Source: an uncultured Oscillospiraceae bacterium | Lineage (GTDB): Bacteria > Bacillota > Clostridia > Oscillospirales > Ruminococcaceae | Reading direction: 5' to 3' | DNA: 55,936 nt | NCBI GenBank assembly: GCA_964458545.1 | Contig: CAYWJF010000002.1 | Span: forward strand, 3,504 to 59,439 | Part shown: in pieces, positions 37,572-45,244 of the stretch | Layout of the letters: the number at the start of each line of letters is the position of its first letter | How positions within the stretch are numbered: position 1 is the first letter of the stretch | Translations under genes and position numbers: made by a program | Notes under the pieces: generated by a model | Databases searched by the model: none | Seen by the model: the letters and a program-made list of their open reading frames with translations, nothing else | What the model was told of the DNA's origin: nothing

Positions 37572-38375
37572 ATGAAGTACAAGGCGGCGGTATTTGATAT
37601 AGACGGTACTATTCTTCCGAAGGGGAAGATTAAGGTGCCTTTCAGAACAAGAAGAGCCCTTAAAAAGCTGCGGCGCGACGGCGTAAAGGTAATAATCGCC
37701 ACAGGGCGCGGTCCCGCGAGAGCGGATAGGGAAATCCTCGGCGATATCGAGTATGACTACATAATCTGCGCGAACGGCGCGTGCATTCTGTGCGGCGACA
37801 GAAGCGTATTTTACGTCGATACTTATGAGCAATCGAGCATAGACGAGATTGTTGAAATAAGCGATAAAATGGGGCTTGAGGTAAAATTCATCTACCTTGA
37901 CGGCTACTATATTTTCGAGAACGGTGAAAAGAAGAAGCTTATCTATCGTGAGAATATGCCGCTTGAAAATGTATTTGAACAGGACGCGAGGGCGAACAGA
38001 AAGGGCATTACAGAAACGGGCGCGCTTCCTTTCGCGGCGTTCGTTATAACCGAAGAAAACCGCGTAGAGGAGTTTAACGCCCTTTCGCCCAATCATTTTA
38101 TGGTGCCCTTCTGCGACCACGGCTTCGATATTTTAAAAAGCGAGACGGATAAGGTACATAGCATTAGCGACGCCCTCGACGAGATGGGAATAGACTGGGC
38201 GGAAACGGTCACCTTTGGCGACGGGCTTAACGACCTTGAGATGATAAAACGCGCGGGTCTCGGCGTAGCGATGGAAAACTCGGTGCCTGAGCTTAAGTCG
38301 GCGGCGAAAAAGGTTGCGCCGCGCTGCGAGGAATACGGCGTCTGTAAAACGATTAAAGAAATTTTCTATAAATAA
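37572..38375 (+). CDS. Cof-type HAD-IIB family hydrolase (sugar phosphatase-like).
   Basis: DIDGTIL motif I, ATGR motif II, GDGLNDLEM motif IV. Confidence 0.85.
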   Translation: MKYKAAVFDIDGTILPKGKIKVPFRTRRALKKLRRDGVKVIIATGRGPARADREILGDIEYDYIICANGACILCGDRSVFYVDTYEQSSIDEIVEISDKMGLEVKFIYLDGYYIFENGEKKKLIYRENMPLENVFEQDARANRKGITETGALPFAAFVITEENRVEEFNALSPNHFMVPFCDHGFDILKSETDKVHSISDALDEMGIDWAETVTFGDGLNDLEMIKRAGLGVAMENSVPELKSAAKKVAPRCEEYGVCKTIKEIFYK

Positions 38376-38381
38376 GAAAAA

Positions 38382-38412
38382 GAAATCGCCCCGCTTTAAG
38401 CGGGGCGATTTC
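38382..38412. terminator. Bidirectional terminator between the HAD and abrB-like genes; same hairpin core as the 36.6-kb repeats.
   Basis: GAAATCGCCCCGC-tttaa-GCGGGGCGATTTC, flanked by AAAAA and TTTTG. Confidence 0.75.
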
Positions 38413-38421
38413 TTTTGTTTG

Positions 38422-38664
38422 TCAGATGGATTTAATCTTGTCAAGGCAGCTACTGCAAATCACCTTGTTTTCAAAGGTGGAGAGGTTCTTGGAACCCTTG
38501 CAGAAGATGCAGTTAGGCTCGTACTTTGTGACAATAATCTTGTCACCCTGAGAGGTAATCTCTACGCTGTCGCCTACCGCTATGTCAAGCGTTCTGCGAA
38601 GCTCGATAGGAATTACGATTCTCCCAAGCTTATCCATTTCTCTGACGATGCCGTTTGTCTTCAT
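38422..38664 (-). CDS. abrB: AbrB-family transition-state regulator with a C-terminal CxxC...CxxC segment.
   Basis: GIVREMDKLGRIVIPIELRRTLDI swapped-hairpin domain, then CIFCKG...CSSC. ATG 38664 with AGGAGA RBS. Confidence 0.8.
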   Translation of the reverse strand: MKTNGIVREMDKLGRIVIPIELRRTLDIAVGDSVEITSQGDKIIVTKYEPNCIFCKGSKNLSTFENKVICSSCLDKIKSI

Positions 38665-38731
38665 GATTCTTTTTCTCCTGTTCTGAATAAATCTCAACTT
38701 TTTCTACTATCTATTAAAGAGGTGATAGTAT

Positions 38732-39322
38732 ATGATGGGATACGTCCTCGGTGCGCTCGTTGTCCTTGCGGTGGCTTTCTCTCTTTTCTTAGGACGCGGG
38801 GCGGGTCTTACGGACGCGGTGCTCTCAAGCGGACTTTCGGCGACCGAGCTTTGCCTTGAGCTTTGCGGTACGCTTGCGCTTTGGAGCGGGGTTATGAAGA
38901 TTGCGGAACGCTCGGGGCTTTGCGAAAAGATAAGTAATTTTCTTTCGCCCCTAACGAACTTTTTATTTAAAGGGCTTCGTGAGATAAGCCCTAAGGCAAT
39001 AAATTCAATAACGCTCAATATGACGGCGAACCTGTTGGGGTTGGGCTCCGCGGCTACTCCCGCGGCGCTCGACGCTATGAGCGAGCTTGACCGAATTAAC
39101 AAGAAATCTATCTTTGCGAGTAACTATATGGTCATCTTCGTGGCGCTTAATACCGCGTCGTTCCAGATACTTCCGACAACCGTCGCGACTATGCGCAAGC
39201 TTTACGGAAGCGCCGAGCCTATGGGGATAATAGTTCCCGTATGGGTTAGCTCCGCTTTGTCCGTAATAGCGGCGGTGGGGCTTGCTATGCTTCTTGCGAA
39301 GGGAAAGCGGGAGGAAAAATGA
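38732..39322 (+). CDS. spmA: Spore maturation protein A (nucleoside-recognition/Gate domain).
   Basis: About 196-aa multi-TM protein with LCGTLALWSGVMKIAERSGL. Followed by spmB with a 4-nt overlap. Confidence 0.8.
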   Translation: MMGYVLGALVVLAVAFSLFLGRGAGLTDAVLSSGLSATELCLELCGTLALWSGVMKIAERSGLCEKISNFLSPLTNFLFKGLREISPKAINSITLNMTANLLGLGSAATPAALDAMSELDRINKKSIFASNYMVIFVALNTASFQILPTTVATMRKLYGSAEPMGIIVPVWVSSALSVIAAVGLAMLLAKGKREEK

Positions 39323-39837
39323 AGCTTAGCGATTACATTATTCCCGTCGTTATAGCCGCGATATTTATATACGGCTTAACAAAAGGCACAAACGTGTTTG
39401 AGGCGTTTATTGAGGGCGCGGCGGACGGTCTTAAGGTAGCCGTCAAAATAGCGCCGACTATGCTTGCCATTACTATGGGCGTGGGTATGTTCAAGGCGAG
39501 CGGCGCGCTGGATTTACTCTCGCTCTTCTTCGAGCCCGCCGTGTCGCTCACGGGACTTCCAAAAGAGGTAGTGCCGTTAATGCTGATTCGTCCTATTTCG
39601 GGAACGGGCGCGCTCGCGATTTTCAAGGATATTCTCGCAAATCACCATCCCGATTCTTATATCGGGAAAATCGCCTCGGTGCTTCAGGGCTCTACCGAAA
39701 CCACCTTTTATACTATCGCTCTTTACTACGGCGTGACCTCGGCAAAAAGAACCCGCCACACCCTTTTAAGTGCAGCGGCGGGGGACCTTACAGGGTTCAT
39801 TATGTCCGCGCTTACGGTCGGATTATTCCTGTCTTAA
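39319..39837 (+). CDS. spmB: Spore maturation protein B.
   Basis: About 172-aa multi-TM protein with LMLIRPISGTGALAIF and GSTETTFYTIALYYG motifs. Confidence 0.8.
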   Translation: MKLSDYIIPVVIAAIFIYGLTKGTNVFEAFIEGAADGLKVAVKIAPTMLAITMGVGMFKASGALDLLSLFFEPAVSLTGLPKEVVPLMLIRPISGTGALAIFKDILANHHPDSYIGKIASVLQGSTETTFYTIALYYGVTSAKRTRHTLLSAAAGDLTGFIMSALTVGLFLS

Positions 39838-39891
39838 CCGCCCGTTTGCGCGATGCTAGTATATATTACCACAGTTTTTTCATATTTCAAC

Positions 39892-40545
39892 CTATTTCGC
39901 AAGCCAAATGTAAATTTTTTTCTCGTCTTTAAAAACGGCTATCCCTTCATAGCCCGCCGCGAGCATTTTTGATATGCCGTAGATGTCACAAATCTCGAAA
40001 CGCTCATAAACGGTATACAGCTTTTTTGAGTATTTCTCGGTGCGCAGTATGTAACGAAGCTTGCAGCCGTACTTCTGTCTGAGCGCGCAGATTCTAAAGC
40101 CATTAATAGACATAAAGGAAAGAAGGCTCGGCAGGTTTTTCGGCGATACCGTGGCGGTGACGTCGGCGGAGGAGTACTTGTCGAACGCTCGGCGCACGCA
40201 GATTTTTATGAGCTCGCGCGCTATGCCATTCTTTCGGTAATTTGGCGCAACGAAGACGAAATCAAGCGCCGCTTCACCCATATCCTCACCGTCAGCGCCT
40301 TCGCATAGCCGCAGACCAGCCGCTCCGCAAAGCTCTCCCTTGGCGAAGAGTCCCGTTATCTCGCCGTGCTTAATTATTCTGAGAAAATCCTCGCGCTCGC
40401 TCATAACGTAAAGGCTTGCGTCGCAAAGCGAGCCCGCAGCGAGCTCCTGCACCCGAATAAGCTCGTCGATATCGTTTTCGCAAAGCCGCCTTACCTCGGT
40501 TTTGCAAACCTCGTTCGTTGCGTTGTTTTTTACATAAGGCTTCAT
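39892..40545 (-). CDS. GNAT-family N-acetyltransferase with a C-terminal extension.
   Basis: Acetyl-CoA loop VAPNYRKNGIAREL. ATGA overlap with the upstream racemase-like gene. Confidence 0.7.
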   Translation of the reverse strand: MKPYVKNNATNEVCKTEVRRLCENDIDELIRVQELAAGSLCDASLYVMSEREDFLRIIKHGEITGLFAKGELCGAAGLRLCEGADGEDMGEAALDFVFVAPNYRKNGIARELIKICVRRAFDKYSSADVTATVSPKNLPSLLSFMSINGFRICALRQKYGCKLRYILRTEKYSKKLYTVYERFEICDIYGISKMLAAGYEGIAVFKDEKKIYIWLAK

Positions 40546-41726
40546 CTTCCGCCCTCCGTTTCGTAAGCTTTGCTGTCGTTCGAGATGATAATTCGCTCGG
40601 TGTGTTTCGAGGTAAAGAGCGCTCCCTCGCAGCGGCAGACCGATATGCCGCAGCTTTCGGCAAACTCCTTTGCCGTTATCCTTTCGCCCTCGCTTTCGCC
40701 TACGAGCACAGCCGTGTCTCCCTTTCGCGCGTTCGGCGCGTTTGAAAGGTCAACAAGCATATGTCCCATATAAACGCTTCCTATTGTTTTTACACGTCTG
40801 CCGTTTACCAGAAGCGGCAGATTTTTTCTGCCGAGAAGCGCGGGTAGGTAGCCGTAGCCCGCCGTTATAAGCCCTAAGCGGGTCGGTCCGCTTACACCGT
40901 GGTCGCAGTCGTAGAAGCTGACTGCTTTATCGGTTTCGACTATACGTTCTATTGTGGAAAAAAGCGATATAACGGGACGCAGAAAGGAGATATCCTGCGA
41001 GCTGTAGGAGGGAAGTCCGAATAGGTTTGTGCCTATCCTCACGGCGTCAAAGGGAAGCGTCTCGCTCTGCCAAGAGGCGCTTGTGGCGAGGTGGCAGATA
41101 ACGCGTCTGTTGAGCTTTTTTGCTCTTCTACACATTTCATAAAAGCTTTGTCTTACAGCGTCTGCGCCGTCCCGATAAAGCGACGGCGCGTGGGCGAAGA
41201 GCGAAAAAAGTCGAAGACAACGGCTTTCGGCTATCCTTTCAAGCGCATTGTCGTAATCGCTTGGCGGCATTCCTACGCCGCTGTTGCAGATGTCAAGCCT
41301 AAGCGAGATGTCCCGTTTACCGTTTCGTGCTAATCTGTCGTTTGGTATATAGCCGTTATCCTTAGCTTGGTCGTCAAGCTGCGGTTCAGCCGCTCCTTTA
41401 ATGTATATGTCGCGAAGAGCGTCGATTATATCGAGCCCGTCCGCGGGAAGAATAATTCCGTCCGTATCCAGAAACGCCGCCGCTTTGTCTATGGGCGCAA
41501 GAACAAAGACCTTTTTATTAGGAGCCGCCGCGCGAAGCTTCAAAGCCTCCTCCACGCTTTCGGCGGCAAAGGCGAAAACCCTGTCCTTCAAAACGCGCGC
41601 CGCCTCCGCCGCGCCGCAGGAGTACGCGTCGTGCTTCAGTACGGCTATAAGCTTTTTATTTGAGCGCACCGAAAGCTCACGGGCGTTATGCTCGAGAGCG
41701 TCTGTGTCAATACACGAACAGAGCAT
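40542..41726 (-). CDS. Divergent alanine-racemase-family PLP enzyme.
   Basis: Collinear Alr-like blocks: VLKHDAYSCG (PLP Lys), LRLDICNSGVGM, LFSLFAHAP, DAVRIGTNLFG, LRPVISLFS, GLITAGYGY, VNGRRVKTIGSVYMGHMLVDLS. An extra insertion lies between the first two blocks. Confidence 0.65.
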   Translation of the reverse strand: MLCSCIDTDALEHNARELSVRSNKKLIAVLKHDAYSCGAAEAARVLKDRVFAFAAESVEEALKLRAAAPNKKVFVLAPIDKAAAFLDTDGIILPADGLDIIDALRDIYIKGAAEPQLDDQAKDNGYIPNDRLARNGKRDISLRLDICNSGVGMPPSDYDNALERIAESRCLRLFSLFAHAPSLYRDGADAVRQSFYEMCRRAKKLNRRVICHLATSASWQSETLPFDAVRIGTNLFGLPSYSSQDISFLRPVISLFSTIERIVETDKAVSFYDCDHGVSGPTRLGLITAGYGYLPALLGRKNLPLLVNGRRVKTIGSVYMGHMLVDLSNAPNARKGDTAVLVGESEGERITAKEFAESCGISVCRCEGALFTSKHTERIIISNDSKAYETEGGR

Positions 41727-41871
41727 TTTTTCGCCTCCCTTAGGGTTATACTATTCAACAGTCTCCCTTCAGGTGAAAAAAGCTTGTTAATTTTTCCTTA
41801 TCCATATATAATTAATGCAACAAATCAGGAAAAAAACGCCTCTTTATTGGTAGAGGCAAAAGAGGTTTGCT

Positions 41872-42402
41872 TTGGAAAAGGACGAGATGCTGCGGCTTGT
41901 GTCGGCGGCGAAAAAACAGGATAAAGAAGCCTTCGCGAAGCTTTACGAGGGCTATTACAAGGCGCTTTTTAAGGCGGCTTACTATATACTCGGCAACCGT
42001 CACGACGCTGAGGACACGGTAATGGATACGGTAATCGACGCGTACGGCTCAATAGACAAGCTCAGAAACGACGAAGCGTTCGACGGCTGGATATTTAAAA
42101 TACTTTATAACAAGGCGCGGCGCAAAAGGGGAACGCTTATTTATACTGCCGCGGCGGAGCTAAACGAGGATACTGCGGCGGACAGCTCGGATTTTGACTG
42201 CGTAAGCGAAAACGCCGACCTTATGAACGCGCTTTTTACGTTAAGCGGCGAGGAAAGAACGATTATCGTGCTATCGGTCGTCGGCGGATATTCTTCGCCT
42301 GAGATAGCGAAAATCACCTCGCTTAACGCGAACACCGTGCGCTCAAAGCAGATGCGCGCGCTCTCGAAGCTACGGACAATTCTTGAAGGGGGGAAGGCGT
42401 AA
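41872..42402 (+). CDS. ECF-type RNA polymerase sigma-70 family factor.
   Basis: Region 2 (AEDTVMDTVIDAY, FDGWIFKILYNKARR) and region 4 (ERTIIVLSVVGGYSSPEIAKITSLNANTVRSKQMRALSKLR). TTG start 6 nt after AGAGG. Confidence 0.85.
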   Translation: MEKDEMLRLVSAAKKQDKEAFAKLYEGYYKALFKAAYYILGNRHDAEDTVMDTVIDAYGSIDKLRNDEAFDGWIFKILYNKARRKRGTLIYTAAAELNEDTAADSSDFDCVSENADLMNALFTLSGEERTIIVLSVVGGYSSPEIAKITSLNANTVRSKQMRALSKLRTILEGGKA

Positions 42403-42863
42403 TGGACGAAAATGAGCTAAAGCTATTTGAAGAGCGCTTAAAAACGGCGTTTCGCGACGTTGACACGCCCGCCACGCTTTCACCCGAAAATGTCATTGCA
42501 AGGCTTGACGGAAAGAAAAATACTTCGATTAAGCTGAACGTCAAGCGTTTCGCCTCGCTCGCGGCGGCGTTTGTTGTCTTCGTCGGCGGCGCAGTGACCT
42601 TGTCTTTTTATATGAACTCCTTAGCGAAGGGTGGGGCGGACGCCGCGCCCGCCGAGAGCGTGGCGGATGAGGAGGCTATCCTTTTTGACAGCCTTACAAT
42701 GGGCGAGGAAATTAAGGAGGACGGCTTTAGCGTCGCTCAAAACGGCGGCGTGGGCGAAGACAATCAGAAGCTTGAGAGCGAGGAAGAGGATGAAGAGGAC
42801 GACGAAGAGGATAAAGACAAAGAGGACGAAAAAAATGAGGAAACCGAGGGCTCTGTCGGCTGA
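42402..42863 (+). CDS. Putative anti-sigma factor, single TM, with a poly-acidic extracytoplasmic tail.
   Basis: TAATG overlap with the sigma gene. TM ASLAAAFVVFVGGAVTLSF. Tail ESEEEDEEDDEEDKDKEDEKNEETE. No zf-HC2 motif, so the call rests on position only. Confidence 0.5.
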   Translation: MDENELKLFEERLKTAFRDVDTPATLSPENVIARLDGKKNTSIKLNVKRFASLAAAFVVFVGGAVTLSFYMNSLAKGGADAAPAESVADEEAILFDSLTMGEEIKEDGFSVAQNGGVGEDNQKLESEEEDEEDDEEDKDKEDEKNEETEGSVG

Positions 42864-42899
42864 TTAAGTTGACGGTTCATTTAAAATAGTTATATAATA

Positions 42900-42927
42900 A
42901 GAGCACCTTAGGAAAGGTGCTCTTTTA
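42900..42927 (+). terminator. Intrinsic terminator after the sigma/anti-sigma operon.
   Basis: AGAGCACCTT-agga-AAGGTGCTCT followed by TTTTAC. Confidence 0.6.
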
Positions 42928-42929
42928 CT

Positions 42930-43376
42930 TTGAAAAAAATTATTATTGCTCTTGTGCTCTTCGCGGCGGCGGGAGCCATTACATTTGTGTTAAAAGACTT
43001 TATAGACCGTAAAAACCCCGATTACGCCATACCGCAGATAGTTGTCACGGCGGACTCAAGCGAGGTTTCCACCGTAGTTAGCGGCTATAGCTGGAGGTTT
43101 GTCTTCGGCGAGCCTGTCGTTCGAGAAGAAACGCCCGTAACCGAGCTTTCGGTGGCGGCGACCGAGCTTCTCGGCGGCGAAAAGCTAAGCATTAAATTTT
43201 CTCAGCCAACGACAGACTATACCGTAAGGCGAAGCGGAAGCTTCAACTACGATTTTAGTCCCACGGACGATATGACCGTGCCTTACGAAAGCGGCGGTTA
43301 TCTGTATGAGGTTATCGCGACCTACGAAAGCGGTACTGTGCAGTACTACTTTTATGTTGTAGTGACCGAGCAATAG
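42930..43376 (+). CDS. Membrane-anchored hypothetical protein (148 aa).
   Basis: TTG start. N-terminal TM/signal anchor KKIIIALVLFAAAGAITFVL. The only SD-like sequence lies in the loop and 3' arm of the preceding hairpin. Confidence 0.45.
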   Translation: MKKIIIALVLFAAAGAITFVLKDFIDRKNPDYAIPQIVVTADSSEVSTVVSGYSWRFVFGEPVVREETPVTELSVAATELLGGEKLSIKFSQPTTDYTVRRSGSFNYDFSPTDDMTVPYESGGYLYEVIATYESGTVQYYFYVVVTEQ

Positions 43377-43381
43377 TATGA

Positions 43382-43409
43382 ACCCCCTTGACCCTATTCG
43401 CATAACATA
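43382..43409 (+). promoter_or_regulatory. Possible sigma-K-type promoter (AC-17 nt-CATAACATA) upstream of sleC-like.
   Basis: Matches the Bacillus/Clostridium sigma-K consensus AC-N16-17-CATAnnnTA. Read directly; short degenerate motif. Confidence 0.3.
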
Positions 43410-43437
43410 ATGTGAATAAGGAAAAGGGGGTATTATT

Positions 43438-45201
43438 ATGGAGAAGGGATATTTAAAGGTCGAGGTGACCTATGGGCGCGAGGGCGTTCCCGCGGCGGCG
43501 GCGCTCGTAAGAGCGGCGTTGCTTGACGAAGCCGACGGGCAAACAGCGATAACCGACGCTTCGGGTAAGACGGGAACCTTTGAGTTTGACGCACCCGATA
43601 AGGCGCTTAGCCTCGACCCGAACTACGAAGGGGAAGTTTATACTCGCGTTAGGGTAACGGTGGAGCTTGAGCGGTTCAAGTACACAACAATAGTCGGCGC
43701 ACAGGTGTTCGCGGGCGAAACGGCAATTCTTCCGATAAACATTGAGCCCGCTGAGCTCAGCGAGGAGCAGTCGGGAAAGGTATCTGACTACGTGATACCG
43801 AACCACAAGGTCAGCGACAACCTGCCGAATGACCAAGACGTTCCGCCAGAGGACGCGCGGATACTCGGCTTTGTATTCGTGCCAGACTACATAACCGTAC
43901 ATCTGGGCAGACCCGACGCGCCAGCACAGAACGTAACGGTAAGCTTTGTCGATTACATTAAAAACGTCTGCTGCTCGGAAATCTATCCGACGTGGCCAGA
44001 AAACGCGCTGAGGGCAAATATCTACTGCCAGATTTCTCTTGCCCTCAACAGAATTTTTACCGAATGGTACAGAAGTAAGGGCTATTCCTTCGATATCACG
44101 AATTCCACCAGCTTCGACCAGTATTTCGTTTACGGTCGTAATATCTACGAGAATATCAGCAATATTGTTGACGGGCTTTTCGACCAGTATCTTCGCAAAG
44201 GTGTTTCGCTCGCGCCGTACTACGCGGAATACTGCAACGGCACCACGGCGACCTGCCCCGGGCTTTCTCAGTGGGGTACGGTGACGCTCGCGAACCAAGG
44301 CTATTCGCCGCTCGGAATTATAAGGTATTATTACGGTAGCCAGATGAATATCTACACCGCGCCCACGGGCAACAGCTCGATAGAGTCTTACCCCGGCACG
44401 GCGCTTCGCCGCGGCTCGACGGGGGGCGACGTAGTGCTTATTCAGGAGCTTCTTACGAGGATACGCAGAAACTATCCGCTTATTCCAAGCGTAGGCACTA
44501 TAGACGGCATCTTCGGCGCCGCGACTGAGGCTGCGGTAAGACAGTTCCAAAACATCTTCAACCTTACCGCCGACGGAGTTGTTGGCAAGGCTACTTGGTA
44601 CAGAATTTCCTATATATATGTCGCGGTAACAAAACTTGCGGAGCTCGGCGGAGAGAGTATAACCAACCCCTCGATTATTTCACCCGTGCCGAGTACGGTG
44701 CTTCGTTTAGGCTCGACGGGCGAGACCGTCTCGCTCGCGCAATACCTTCTTAGAATAGCGGGCGAATACTACGAAACGGTGAACCCGATAACTATTGACG
44801 GCATCTTCGGCGCACGCACGCAGCAGGCGGTAACGGCGTTCCAGTTTGCCCAAAATCTTTCCGCCGACGGAATAATCGGGCGCGACACATGGAATAAGCT
44901 GTACAGAATCTACTATTCCGTCAACAACTCGTTAGACATAAGCGCCTCCTATCCGGGAAGCGTGCTTACAACGGGCAGCATAGGCAGCAACGTAGCCTTA
45001 ATGCAGCGCTACTTAAACTACATAAGAACCTACTATCCGAGCATACCCGCCATTACAATAGACTCCCAGTACGGAAGCGCGACGCGCGCGGCGGTAACGG
45101 CGTTTCAGCGTTTGTTCGGACTTACCGCGGACGGAATTATCGGCAGAACAACGTGGAGCGCGATAGTAGCCGTATACGACCGCGTGGTGGTGTACGTTTA
45201 G
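43438..45201 (+). CDS. sleC: SleC-like spore cortex-lytic enzyme with three C-terminal PG_binding_1 repeats.
   Basis: The core YIKNVCCSEIYPTWPENALRANIYCQISLALNRIFTEWYRSKGYSFDITNSTSFDQYF closely resembles my recollection of clostridial SleC. Three copies of a G(S/T)xGxxVxxxQxxL...IDGIFG...AVxxFQ...LxADGI(I/V)G repeat. Confidence 0.7.
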   Translation: MEKGYLKVEVTYGREGVPAAAALVRAALLDEADGQTAITDASGKTGTFEFDAPDKALSLDPNYEGEVYTRVRVTVELERFKYTTIVGAQVFAGETAILPINIEPAELSEEQSGKVSDYVIPNHKVSDNLPNDQDVPPEDARILGFVFVPDYITVHLGRPDAPAQNVTVSFVDYIKNVCCSEIYPTWPENALRANIYCQISLALNRIFTEWYRSKGYSFDITNSTSFDQYFVYGRNIYENISNIVDGLFDQYLRKGVSLAPYYAEYCNGTTATCPGLSQWGTVTLANQGYSPLGIIRYYYGSQMNIYTAPTGNSSIESYPGTALRRGSTGGDVVLIQELLTRIRRNYPLIPSVGTIDGIFGAATEAAVRQFQNIFNLTADGVVGKATWYRISYIYVAVTKLAELGGESITNPSIISPVPSTVLRLGSTGETVSLAQYLLRIAGEYYETVNPITIDGIFGARTQQAVTAFQFAQNLSADGIIGRDTWNKLYRIYYSVNNSLDISASYPGSVLTTGSIGSNVALMQRYLNYIRTYYPSIPAITIDSQYGSATRAAVTAFQRLFGLTADGIIGRTTWSAIVAVYDRVVVYV

Positions 45202-45244
45202 CGTTTATTTGACAATAAAGTTAAAATATAATAATTTATAGATA

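Noticed and set aside
36575-38412. The three near-identical GC hairpins as a possible CRISPR array or mobile MITE.
   Set aside because: There are only three copies. Spacing is irregular (79 nt, then ~1.7 kb). Each sits exactly at the end of convergent genes with A/T-rich flanks, so they are terminators. No cas genes, no regular spacers and no target-site duplications were seen.
43453-44550. 365-aa ORF antisense to the sleC-like gene.
   Set aside because: It lies fully inside and antisense to a CDS with strong family similarity. Its composition is Arg-rich and low-complexity, typical of the reverse frame of GC-rich coding DNA. It has no RBS and no recognisable motif.
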